Assembly (NCBI GenBank): GCA_040954595.2
Contig: CM082580.2
Location: forward strand, 10,394,390 to 10,458,389
Source: Balanoglossus misakiensis
Lineage: Eukaryota > Animalia > Hemichordata
Length of the DNA stretch: 64,000 nt
Direction of reading: 5' to 3'
Below the pieces are notes generated by a model. That model was not told the DNA's origin. It searched no databases and saw only the letters and a list, made by a program, of their open reading frames with translations. Made by a program: the position numbers and the translations under genes. Of this stretch, positions 25,951-39,200 are shown piece by piece (the first letter of the stretch is position 1; each line of letters begins with the position of its first letter).

Positions 25951-26103
25951 TGACAGGGAGTACGGTTACTATGACAACATTCTCTTATCTCCCTGACCAT
26001 GTTTACTGCAGGCATCATGGAAGTCTTGAATACCAAATTGGTTTGGATGCCATACAATTCTTGGAGAAGCACTGTTATTTTTAAAGATAATGCTTCAGGA
26101 AAG
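25951..26103 (+). other. Candidate internal exon of an unidentified plus-strand transcript
   Basis: Strong acceptor (CTTCTTTTTTTTCTACTTTCTCAG) and donor AAG|GTAGGC; one frame is open to the donor (MFTAGIMEVLNTKLVWMPYNSWRSTVIFKDNASGK); no homology recognised. Confidence 0.4.
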
Positions 26104-29100
26104 GTAGGCAAACTAGTGGTCTGTTGAGGAAAGAGAACTTGTCATTGATTTGCTTGTTTCATGCTGATGAGCCTAAACCGGGTGTTTAAAGTTTAAAACA
26201 GAAAAACAGCATATGGCCTGCAGCAGTTGACAAGGTTACCCGACGAGGGAACTGGCCTGGTTTTTCCTCCAATTGATGTCAAATGCAGAACATGTATACA
26301 TATTAAAGCACCACCACATGCATTCATCTCCAAATGTTTACCTGTCTTATCAGGAATGTGTAAACCCTCCAAGACATGGAAATTGCTCAGGTAGTTGGTT
26401 CTTAAGTTTTATTTTTATCTATTTCGAAGGAGCCTCGGTACCTATGGAACAGAATTATGGATAGTGCCATTCTGTAAGACTACATTAAGAGGAGGTCTCA
26501 GGAGGTGGCATGTACCCCTTGGAGTAATGTGAGTCCTTCTATATGGTAGAGTCAACTAAAAAAAGCTAAAACAATATCAATTACAATTTTAAGAAATTAT
26601 GATTAAAAGATGAAAACTTGTCAGTTCTTATAATACTTGTCAATGTCATTGTAACTTTTGGCTGGCTTTTCAGTATTTTTGTCATTTGCTATGTCACAAG
26701 TGTATTTCTCTGTGTGTCTTGCAGAGGCTGCAGTGGCTCTAAGGAACAGTCACCATGGAAACGAGAGGCAGGTATTCCCGGGTGAAGCAAGGTTTCATGG
26801 TTGCTCACGCACGTTCACATCGTTGGATATCTGTTCATCGTCTACAAAGGGCATAAATGTCCAGGGTAGGTCATTTTAATTATATTTGCTGCAGCAGATC
26901 CCTGAGAGGGCTGGCAGAGGTTCACCAACTGGTGACCTTGGCCCATTTTCTAAGGTCAACAAAGGTCACGTGTTTAATCGTTCTCTGTATCTACAGCGCG
27001 CTGTCTTCTCAAGAGAAAAGAAACGGCAGGCAATCATGTGCATGTATAAAAACTTGAGTTGATTGACCTATTTGACCATGTGACTGGGATACCAGCAGAG
27101 GAAGTAAAGCGTGATCTGTTTTTCACTCACTTTAAAGCCCCTATACCTGCAAATTTCTGAAAAAATTTCATGATTTTATTTTCGAACTTAGAATGGTCTA
27201 TTTAACTGTGATAACTGGTTGGTATACACTAACATATTGTAGCTGTACATGTGAATATGTACCAGTTAAATAAACAGGTCATTGCCTTGCTCAAAATTTT
27301 ATGACCCAATGAAGCATGCAGTTGAAAAGGGCAGTTCAAATAGCAGTAAAATATGATGAGGTTACAGATGTAAGGTTAAAGGTGAACTTGTACAATTACA
27401 TGTTATTCTGCCAACTTTCTCAATCTGAAATGTTCATTTTCCAGCTCACTTAAGCGAGCTGTGAACATCACCATCATAGCCATAAAATACCAGTATCATT
27501 TTCCAAACAAAATCGACCTTTAGCCTGACTGCAAGCCAGACACACAAACTCAACAGCACGTGCGACAACATTTTTTTTTCTCCATGTCTGCCCTCTTATC
27601 CTCGTGAATGGTTCATTCAGGCAAAGCATGATTTAAGAAGATTGTCCTGCGGCAGTGATTGAAAGAACCTAATATTGTCGGCAGAGGAGTACAAGAGAAA
27701 AAAAAGCTGCCCGTTGCCCGGGAGATTGTTATCTCATTCGTGAAGTCATTTCTCCGCGATGTTCCTGCAATTTTTGTATACTTTGGGGAAATAAAATGCG
27801 AGCGCAGTCGGTATGATCTCTGTCTCTTCTGGTGATTTTCAGTTCAGACAAAGGCTGAAAGCTTTATATAATGCACATGTCTGACTCTTAAAGGAAAACA
27901 GAGCCCTGGTGTCTGTATTGTATATTTGACAACAAGGCTGCATCAGGTCCCCAAGTGGTGTGAAAAAAAAATCTCGAAGATGCCTGGATTGTGTGTACAT
28001 GCATGCATTACTGTCTGTTGGGTAACGGCAGTATATGTGCATTAATTGATCTGTCTATAAAGGCCAAATAAGGAAAGTCCCTTGACTGGCCATTATAGAC
28101 AGGTTTATATCATATAGAGTCAGACTAGCGTGTGTCTATAGTATATACTGGTAATTGCAATTTTTGCGATTTATTTCATGTGCTGTCTGCCAACCACCTT
28201 CATTACATGTACATGTATGTGTGAGGATCTGAACAATTTCTCAAGAGAGTATGTATTTTGGCAAACAGAAGGATCTTAAGCATGGTGTTATTGCATGGAA
28301 TTAGCGATGGCATGCTGTCTTTCCCGTGGTGATGTGGAACCTTAGTGACAATTCCCATATGCTGTGGTAGTGATGATGATGATGGCATCCGTGGGACGTG
28401 ATGGGATCGTCATTTGTTATCAACTGCCAGAGGAGAGGTGCTAAGTTTGAATGGAAATTCCTAATCTTGGTTGATGGAGGTGCTTTTTTCACCTGTCGAG
28501 CTGTGATGAACAACACCTCGTAAACGCAGACGCGCGGTTTGAGGCCGCGATGGCTGGCAGTCTGCTGAGGTGTTAATTAGGTATAACTGCAGTGTGGGAA
28601 AATTTATGCAAATACCGGTACATTACATTGTAATCAGTTTGAATTATGCCAAGGATATAAGACTCGTTTGTCCCTATCAGAAAAGTTTAGTGACGTCACA
28701 ATTGTTGATGAGTGTTTTGAGTCTTGTCATAGTCTTGTAGACCTGTAGATTTGACATTCTTTTTTTAGCATTCAGGTAAACGTTAAAAGCCCCAGTTCTG
28801 TCATAAATGAGATCTTGGTTTGGCTAGATTATGTGTATATTAAGCTTTCTGGGGACAGGATTTGGAGAAAAAGAAAAACGTCAGGAATTGGCCATTTACG
28901 TCTGAGTAAATGCACTGATGGCTGAGGAGTTTTTACGAGTACCTGGCATGGTTCTAACCCATTAGCCATTATAATGGTGCTTTCGAGAAATGGGGGTGTT
29001 CTAACTGAATTATTTTTTTATGTGGAATTTTTATGACTTGCGAAATGGTGTTCAACGGGTCCTGGTGCTGGTGTAACATTTTCTGCACTGTCAGAAAGAA

Positions 29101-32100
29101 GAGAGATTGGACAGTTGTAGCTATGGGAAGCCCATGTCTTCCCAGGGTAAGGGTTGACGTGTTTTTTATGAGCCTTTAATATTTTATTAACCATCCAATG
29201 CCCAAAAGGATAATTAAACTGGCCTTGCAAGGTTTCTTTTGCTGGTCCCTTACGCACAAACTGAAATTGTAGCATGAAAGGGTGACATGTCAGAGCAGCA
29301 ATAATTCTGCAGTGACGCTGTCGATCACTTGTGATTTGTTGCATTGGATAGTGTGAAAGCATTTCCGTGTGCTCTCTCTAGAAAAGTAGCAGAAATGGAG
29401 AAAGAAAAAAAAGAAGTTGCATAGATCAAGGGATACTCTGACACGTCTGAGGAAGTCATTCCCATGATGCACCACAGGGCCAGCACTCACATCACGGATG
29501 TCAGCAGTAAATCTGGGAAAGTTATTGAAATTACGAACTTTATAATGAGCATGTTTCTTTTTCAAGCACAAAATAATAAAGACAAATTAAAGACTACACA
29601 GGAAAATGTAATTGATTTTTTTAAAAACCATTAACAGTTTCCATCCATTAAATTGCCTTGTTAACAGTAAGATCATGATACAACAATGCCCTTTTAAGCC
29701 TAAGTATCGCCACTCTAAAACTCTACATCATTGGAATCTAGATGAACTGCTTGATTGGTCAGTTTCAGGTTTTAAAAAGTCATATAACAGTCACAATTGC
29801 CTGATTTGGACATGATTGAGTGAGAGCCTTCTTCTATTTCGGGGTAAATGGCAAGCAAATGAAGTAATCTTTTCTTGAGGAGGTTAATTGAAACTCTTAG
29901 TATTTTGCTGTCATATGTTGTGGCTATCTCAACTTGCAAGATGATGTCAACATGAGAATTGTAGATGAGGATTTGAAATGTCAGTCAATTCAGATGGTGC
30001 AAGCGGGAGAGCTTGCATAGTAGAATTACAGGCATTTCCAAAAACCAGTGGAGCATTTAATGATGGTGCTTTGGAAGACATCAGATAAAAATGAGTGTCA
30101 CAATATGCATTAATAAGATGCTGCGGGCTGTTTGAAATTTACTCCAGAAGATTTCTTTGTCTAAAATAAATAGCCACTTCAGGGGATTCACGTCTAATGA
30201 CCACACTTGAAGACATCTGAAAAGTTATTTCAGTGCCCATTGTAAGAACGAAAGCTAACATGATTGATATTATATCATCTGAAAATCAATATTTTTCTTC
30301 ATCTTTTCAGGAAGGTAGGCAAAAACATTTTCAAAAGCTGCATTCCATTACTGGCTTTGAATAGATTTATTTTTCATTTGTCGGTGATGTATTAGGAAAG
30401 CTTTCTATTCATGAGATAAGCCTGAGAATACCTCTCTCAGCAAGCTTTTAGAATAATTTTTCGTTAATTCTCCTTATGAAAATGTATGTCTTGCGACTTC
30501 TGTTAATGTCTCATGTTATTCATCTCAGTAAACAGTGACTGGCACCTTCTGGTGGTTGCCAGTAACCACGGTGATGATGGAAGCGCTGGTTTCCTGAACT
30601 GCATTTCAGCCCATGCATTTTCCCAGCTCACCCATTCATCTCTCGGAATTTGCATTCGACTGACACAACACACAAGCCAGGGAGACAAAACTTGACAAAA
30701 CGAGTTAAGACAATGTCGAGTTATCCCCGCGTGTCTGCAAGACGCTGGCTGACATCTTTCACACTGATGTGATCTGATAGTGGGAATCAGGCCGAGAAAA
30801 CCGCAGCTGGCCATTGAAGGATTGTCATTACGTTTTAACACGCTTTCTTTATCTTGTGGCTTTGCCCACTCCTGCTCCGTGCGTGCTCAGCCGACTGCGT
30901 GTGATATTTTCCTGATGGAGAGGTTTATGGCAATGAATGCTGTGAAAGTCAACCATATGGTGTATTTCCAGTGGGATGCTTTCTAAAAACCATGATTAAG
31001 TCAGGAAAAGCAGTCTCAAAAAGACTTGTATTCAACATGAAAGTATCATTATCTCTTTTGTGAATTTTTCTCTAGTTTGCTTCTTTAATTTATTTATATA
31101 CATTTTTTGTCCCTTTTTTCCTAAATATGATACGCATTGTACATCTCAGAGATGGATTATCAAAAAGCTAAATGTAGCATTCATCTGAATCTTTTATTTT
31201 CTGTATGCATTAATTAGTATTCACATTCATGGGCACGCTATCATCCAATACTGTACATGTATGTATGCAGGATTGTGGTAAGTCATGTGACTCAGATTAA
31301 CCAATGACATGTCTAGATTTTTCATTAGACAGCACAGCATATTATAATAACCATCTTATCAAAATCAACAGGCAATCTTGGAATTTGAAATGATTATTCC
31401 CTTGAACACTATCAGGCTTGTTGCTAGGGGAAAATAACACATCGTTATCTTATCCTCTGAAATCCAAAAAATCCTGCAGCCCCTGCTGATCAGATTTCGA
31501 TGGAACACATCAGAAAATCATTCAATGTATCAACAATATCGTCTTCTAGGTCATCCTTCTGCTGTTTCCATGGCAAAGAAGGCGTTTGTCATAAAACGCT
31601 TCCCTGATGATTAAATAGTCTGTATTGTGAAACCTAATCTCCCTATCCTTTCACTGCGAGCAACGTCTATCAATATTTCATAGCCGTGTCTTCGTGTCAC
31701 GCGAAGATATAAGGCAACCCATCCGTGGATGTCTTTGTCTCCTCTCTCGTGTATTTCTGCAGCTAACTTACAGCATATGGAGGTCAAGTCGCAGTTTGAT
31801 CCTAGCAGAGAAAGGTCTATTTTGGCCATTGAGTTTGAACTTTGGCTTTGAGTAGAAACCAAGAAATAGTGCGGAATATTTTCATTTTCAAATAGAATAT
31901 AAAACATTCGAATTCTGTGTTAATGATTGAATAGATACATTTATTGAAAATATTGAATATTAGCAGCATATATTGCTAATGTCCTCAGTTTTGGCTTTGT
32001 GTAAAAATGACTAGAATAGAAGATACACATCATAGCATGATCTGATGTCCTGATATATCGTCCTTATAACTCGGATGTATACCTGCAGGCCCCAGCATTA

Positions 32101-33055
32101 ATTTGTTTTATCGCTAGCATTTATTAGTTATAATTAATCAAATATGCACATTTAATCATTCACAGAACCTGAGTTAGATTGATGATTGGAAGAGGCACTC
32201 CGCCCAAATTCTAAGATTAAAAACAGTAAACAAGCCATCATTAAAAAAACACAAACAATACAAGCAAATTAAGATACATAAAATGAGAGTCTTATGTTGT
32301 CCCAGGAGACTGAAATCCCTCAAACTGCAAGAATTAGACAAAATGCTGACGATGTCACTTTGGCAAATTGTAAAGTGCTAGTCTTCCATTAGACGTACAA
32401 TCAGTCTTGGAGATTTATTCTGTGAGAGGTGATACACGGTAATATTTTCCAATTTACAAATGAAAAGTAATGAGGAATAGAATTCGGTCAGGGCATGAGA
32501 GATGAGGAAATAACGGTGACATTTTGCACGCGGGCATCAATTTTCCTGACTGATGAAAGCGTAATTTTCCGAGCAAAATGCTTCTATTATTATCTACAGA
32601 AGCAAACGGTTAAGTAATAACGAAGGTCCATCATTACGACGGACGTGACTTGTAATTTAAAAATTCTTAACATTATTCTAACATGGGTAGAAAAGTGACA
32701 CAAATGTTGCGATGTGAATGTACTGGTAGAATAACTATGATTTATCAGTGTGTTCTTTAATTTTATTGATGGAGATGTCAGCTTCAGTACATTGTAAAAC
32801 TGATCAATGTGGTAAAGTGTTTTATTCGATTTGTTGCAAAATATATAAATTACTGTTTAATGTCAGAGCATGCGAGCTGACAATAGTGTTTTGACACTAG
32901 TTGATATGTACATGTATTTGAAGGTGTCCTGATCAACGGTCTGAAATGGCTTTAATGTATACTACTTTTAGAGATGCTACTGTTTTGGGGCAATTATCTG
33001 TTATCTAGAGTGCATTCATTTGCATTTTCCATACATTCGCTAGCTTTCCACAACA

Positions 33056-33311
33056 CAAAACATAATGATTCAGAAGCAGACACAGATTTCACGTGTTATA
33101 TATTCACACAACATGACTAAACCCAACAGTGTACCTTTACTCAGCAGACACTTGAATGATATAATTGATTAAACTAAGCATGGAATTGAATTGTATTACA
33201 CTTGTTTCTCTTTCTCTGGCTCTCTCGATAGGCTATTCAGTGGCAGTTGGAGAAATATGATTCCAACGATGACTACTTGGCTGGAGTGCCCAGGAGTGTT
33301 TTCAAAGGAAT
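33056..33311 (+). pseudogene. Inverted copy of integrin alpha exon 8 plus ~175 bp of upstream intron; frameshifted, donor site lost
   Basis: Reverse-complement match to ~385-661; exon copy starts at 33232: GYSVAVGE/(5-nt net deletion)/YDSNDDYLAGVPRSVFKG. Confidence 0.9.
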
Positions 33312-33841
33312 ATATCCACAGCTAGTCTATAACTTTGGTATGTTGACATTTTGTATTATATGGAATTTAATATGTCAATGTTTTACATTGATGACACAGA
33401 GGGCAGTGTTTGCAGCACATACATGTACAAAATCATAATGCAACGAAAGTCGACAGCACTCAGTAAAATTGTGGTGTTAGAGAAATAAATTGCCCTATCA
33501 ATTTAACACATTGCTGTAATGGACATTAATCAATTTTTATACAGGAAATACAGTATAAATAGAAAATATATCATGAATGTCAGGGGAACTGCGTATAATC
33601 CATTTCAATCGCGATGGAACTCCTGCATGTAAATCATAAATGTGTGTATGTTATAAATGCATCTCATCTTCAAGGGAAAACATAGCTTGTTTCTCAGAAT
33701 GTAAAAAATTAACAATTTAATGAAACTTTATTATTTATGCATATATGTGTGTGTGTGCGTGTGTGTACTACACTACATGTAACTATTTTTTGGCTTGATG
33801 GCCATGTCAGTTTTGGTCATTCTTGGTTTTTCACTCCACAG

Positions 33842-33893
33842 GTAAAAGTGTTTAACTCCGAATTACATCTGTTGCATCATTCAAGAATGATAG
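33842..33893 (+). pseudogene. Probable decayed integrin alpha exon 9 remnant
   Basis: Polypyrimidine acceptor TTTTTCACTCCACAG, then VKVFNSEL and, after a 1-nt shift, TSVASFKND. Position, phase 0 and ~18-aa size fit the exon following GVP..G(M) in alphaV/alpha8-type genes. The real exon is outside the window. Confidence 0.5.
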
Positions 33894-36168
33894 GAGGAAT
33901 TCTGTTGCATTGGAAGCAAAGAAAATGGTTACGACTGCATTACCATCCTGTATATTTTACGAAAGTGGAAGAGGATCAAATCAAGTGACACCTTGTGGGA
34001 AATGCTGACACATATCAAATTAAACCAAGATCTGTTTTATCTGACAGGTAATGTATTCCCCCCCCCCTTTTTTCGTAGCAGAGATGGTAATACGCTGTGA
34101 AACGTGTGAGGTTAATTAGACTGTTATTGTCATGCCAACAGATGGCTTCTGACTGTCGTCTGAGTGAATGCAAAACAAAACACTGATGCAACAGTGATGG
34201 CACGCACACTTTGCGCTTTCCATCATTCTGTCAAAGTGATTATCCCTGAAAGGCGCCAGATCCATCCAGCTCAGCAAAACAACTCAAGCCTGTAGATATA
34301 CATTCCAGTGGAGATTTATACTTCTGTACAATGTAGTTTTGTTTTACGGGCAGAAGCACTGCTTTGGATAGAATTCTCTATTTTGCTGTCTTTTGGGACA
34401 CAAGGCACCAAAGCCCCACGACCAGGCCAGGCTTCATCGAAATTCTGACCGTCATCTCAAGACATCGTAGCAGGCCAACACCCGCTGCGTTGCCACCTGT
34501 TGTGAGAGCGCGATCCATAAATCCAGCAAGCATTTCAAGTCAAAACCTCAACCCCCAAGAGACACCAACTTCCATCAGTATTGTGCTATAAAAACCCTGG
34601 CGATCCATAACCATTTCTTTTTCTCTGATCAACCTGAGCTGACTGCAACTTGCTCTGCTAATAGAATTCAAATCAGCTGTATACAGTGTTTAGTTAGCCA
34701 TGGCATTTACATCAGTATACTCGTGATTCACTGCTTCAAATGCGCTGGAGTTCATGTTTCGCTTGATGATCGATTTTGACTTGGGGATCAATTTTACCGT
34801 GTTCATATTTAGTTTCTTGTTACGGGTGCCTTGTATATGTCTTGGCACACAGTGATTCCTGATTCATCTTGACTACAGTGCGTGTCTGTTGACTCAGCTG
34901 TCGAATCAAGAGCGAAGCGTATGTGGCTTCCTTCTTAGCAGTTACATGTAGCAGAGGCAGTTAGGGCATTGTGTGGAATATTTTTTTTTATAGAGAGGAG
35001 CGAGACTGTCTTCTCCTTACTAAAAAAAAAATATTCTGTGCCAGAAAAAATAAATACCCCAACAACTGCAAAGATTCCTGTCGTACAGATGGAAATGACT
35101 TGTGGTCCATAGCAAAGCCATATAAAACGAAATGCTCAGAAGTTGATAAACTAAGCATCATGGTATCTGATCAAGTATCCAAGTTCTTCAAGCTTAATTG
35201 GTGCACTGATCACTTTTGTCATGAATTTGTAATCTGCCATGAAAAAGATTCGCAAAGCAGATAGTTCTAATGACCTTTGTGCCACGCAGTATTAAGCTAA
35301 AGAGACCTGAGGGTACGTTTAACCTCGTTTTTGACCTGCTGAAGTACTCATAAATCCATTTTGTCTGTTTTTGAAATGAGCCAATTAACTCTCGAAATAT
35401 CAAGGAGCATTTAATCCAAATGTCACAAACAAAATTTCAGTAGGACAGCGAGGTTACTTAGACCTCAATATCTGTGTTTTGTAAAGTTAATCTATGTGTT
35501 ACCCAGAATGCAATGTGGTAAACTTCTTTCATAATAAATACATGTATGTGTTCAAGGGGAACAGGGCCATCATGGTGTCATGGTGTGAAACTTGTGCAAT
35601 AAGACAAAAGGGAGAGGTCTTCTCTACTTCTTTTCCGCACTATTTGACTTCACATCATGATTTGTCACCTGCAACTGATGTATGGCTCTTACACATAACA
35701 CGGTAGAATAACAAAGCATTGATGGGTGACCTATTGCCATGGAAACACGGCAATTATGGCACAAGCGCGTAACGTATCGCCATGGAAATTGACTTCTTTT
35801 TCCGGCAAATATTTTCTAATCGACCACTCGTTTGGTTAAGTACTCCCCAGGGTGCTGTAAATATTTCATCCCACGGTGAATTTTATGTGTTCATAATTTC
35901 ATCAGACTGACTGCAATTTCATTTATCCCGTCTCGTGAGGGTTTTTCAGTTGTGAGGGGTGTGACAGTGACAGAGCATTGGTGTGTTCAGGTGACACAGT
36001 GTTGTGTCTGCAAGTGAGGGGTTAATTTGTCATTTCAGAATGGATAAAAGACTAATCAAGTGACTAGGATTGGGGCTGGTTGTCTCTTTGTGTCTAATTT
36101 ATATCATATCATTCAGAAAAAAGTTTAGTGATGTCTCGTTTTTAAATAAGCTCCAGACAACGAGGGGT

Positions 36169-36201
<33 letters not shown>

Positions 36202-39200
36202 ATTCTACGACAGTTTGGATGAAACTCGGTCAAATCCCCCTGACTTGAGTATTTGAGGGTGATTATGGGGGAAAACGGAATTTCTAATCATCGATAATGG
36301 ATTGAGGTGAAACAAAAAGAGACACACGTCAGGCCGTATCAAGTTGCATAGGGCCTGGTATTACAGGGGCTATTATAATATTAGAGAAAACATCCGCGAT
36401 AGTCTGACACAAAAGCTTGTTGGATTAGGAAAATAATCCCCTGCCAACTATCAGTGAAACATTTGGCATTTTACAGGTCGTGGCAAACAAAAAAGGGTTG
36501 CCAACATAATCCCGGCAAAGTATCAATGAAGCATTTTGTATCGCAGATTGTAGCACATGGACAAAGTAATGTCTGTTAGTTGATTGCTACAATGTGGGAC
36601 TCCCAGGTAGTTTTTTAGTTACCATGGAAGCATACATGTATATGAAATTTAATCCTTTCATGCAAAATTAAAAAGTGATATCTGCTTGTATCGAGGACAT
36701 GAAAAATCAATTGTAAAATTTTGTCCTGTGAAGAAATATTTCCTTTTGATATTTGAATGGAAGCTATTGGTAAATGTATTTTTCATGGAAAGCTGTCGCA
36801 AAGGACCATTGTGCGATTGTCGGTGATCTGCGCATATTGCATTCAGGCGGTCGTGTTGCTGAGTGTGATGGTGCATATGGTGTATGCCAGAATGGAGTGG
36901 TCTGAATCAAGATGATGATGCGCAAGAACTGTTTGTTTCTTCAAACGTCTGATGTGAAAAAAAGTAGAGAAAGAGAGATCTCTGATTGATTTGTGGATGT
37001 ATTCATTGTTAATTACCACCTGGTGACTTCCAATGCGAATGAACTCAGGTGAATTTTGAGCGATGAGCTAATGCCGTAGCCTCAGACGTCCTCTGTTATG
37101 ATTGACAACTCCAACATAAAAGGAGACTTTTTCTTTCAGTGTTCTGATACACATCAAGGCTTTTCAGAATTCTCTGATTCACGTGTCCAATATCCCATGC
37201 CTAACGCAGTCTGAAAGCGCCCAGTCTGGATTGATTGATTTATCTCAAATCACGCTTTTTTCTACATTCCACGCGCATACACAAAAAAAAATCCAGAATC
37301 AATGAGTTTGAAATTTAAGGACCTACTTGATTTAGAAAGAAACAGTGACTGGCATATGCCGAGTGAGAAAAACGCTTTCAGGAGAACAATGGTGTGCGCG
37401 GTGGTCCATTCATACGCTTCAACTGAGTTTCTTATCAAAAGGGGGATGACATGCTGTATTTCAGGCTTGAGTGGCAGTCGGCAAGAAAAGAGCTGTGACA
37501 AGAGATTTTTTGTGTGTGCGTGTGTGACTGGAACATTCTGTAGCGTACGATCAACTTGACAGAATTATGTCAGCATTGACGCAATCGATTCGATGCCAGA
37601 CAGACAAACGGAACAAGATTGAGTTGGGCAAAAATTCTTGAACGATGCGATAAATATTTGATGGCTTGAGATTGTCAGTTCTGGACTCAGTCAGAGCTTT
37701 GTGAAATCATGCCAAATGCGTTTGATTGGATGAGCATTTGGGTAATGTTGTGTAAAAAGCAACAACGCTCGTTTCTGCTTTGCTGCATGTGCACGCATGG
37801 CTTTGCCACTCTGTGTTTTCAAAAATTTATGATTCCTTCAAGCTTGATTGGACGAACAAGATCCATTGCAGCTATAAGGCCGTAAAAGCATGATTGACCT
37901 TCTCGCAGACAAACGATGCGAAGCCGTGCCATTGTTTTCACCACCGAAATTTGCATCTTAATTGGGGGAGGGGGGGGGGGGCTACATTGTCATCGGTGGA
38001 AATCTACTAATTGTTGCCCTGGGGGAATTAACAACTTTATGAACAATTTCGAAATCGGAGTCATCCATTTTCATTGGTGATGGAAGTAATTTTCTCCTGA
38101 GAGGAAAAAAGAAATTGTCGTCCTTTTGTTCATTACGGTGAGATTTGATCGGTTCTGCCAACAATTACAAATTTCTGACTGCCTTTGTACCCGTAGGAGT
38201 ATCATTTACAGAGTGAAAATCCGAAATTGGAAGTCTGGTCCCGTGCAATTCAACCCAGGGGGGATATAATGACTATACTGTACAGTTACTGCATGGTTGT
38301 TCATGCCTTTAGAGGACATGCAGTGTGAACTTGAAGAGATGATAGTCACTCACTTTTGACATTACTTTGGTTGTTATTTTGATTTCTTTTGAAAGGTTAG
38401 GCTTGAACTGTTGTTGTATTTCTGAGGCACTGAAAGTTTGTTTTTATATACTGTGACCGTTTGCAGATGAAAAGTACATGTATGTGGTACAGATCTAAAC
38501 AAGTCCAGCTTTTTACTGCAAGTTTAACATTGACACAAGTTATTTATGCTCTGTCATTTTGAAACGCATGATATGATGTCACGTTTAATGTCAGGTTATG
38601 ACGTGGGTATAGTGGTGATGATAGTTTCCAACATTCCATCTTTTGTGACAAAGAAATGGAAACATGTCATCTATTGTTTCCTTCAGAGAGCCAGACACCA
38701 CAGATAGGATGCTCTCTCTCTCTCTCTTTGTTCATTGTTAAAGAGTGATTGGCCAATGAATCAATTGTTGACTTAACCCGACAAGGAAGTGTCACTATAA
38801 TTCAGGCATAACGCGCAGAAAGTGTGCAGTGAATTCTTAATAGCAAACAAGGGGAGGTGAAAAAAAAATCCCTGATTCAGAAAGCGTTATTATTTTTTTG
38901 CCCAATTACACAGAGTGCAAAGGGCACCGAAAGATCAGGTTTGGCAAATAGCACGTTCGGAGTTGGTGTCGGATAATTTGGGCGGGAGATGAGTCTAGAC
39001 AGGCGGTTGGTAATGATGTGAGTGGTGGAAGCTGTGCCTTCTCTATATGAAAAAGTGGGTTGCCGTCACTTTGTCGTGTCGGGGAGACACGGTTTGTGCG
39101 GCAACCATTCAGGGCCTTTGTTGGAGTAATTGTGGATGATTGAGCATGGACCACTAGTTTCTTTACTCAGCTGAGCATCTGGTTTTTTTTTGACAGTATA

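Noticed and set aside
25114-26084. Spliced frame MEIGRKAHI*SKDV... with an in-frame TGA (selenoprotein idea)
   Set aside because: No selenoprotein motif context, no SECIS recognised and no homology; most likely chance.
36759-36771. 13-nt match to integrin exon 6 (GGAAGCTATTGGT)
   Set aside because: Too short and out of order relative to the exon 8 copy; consistent with chance.
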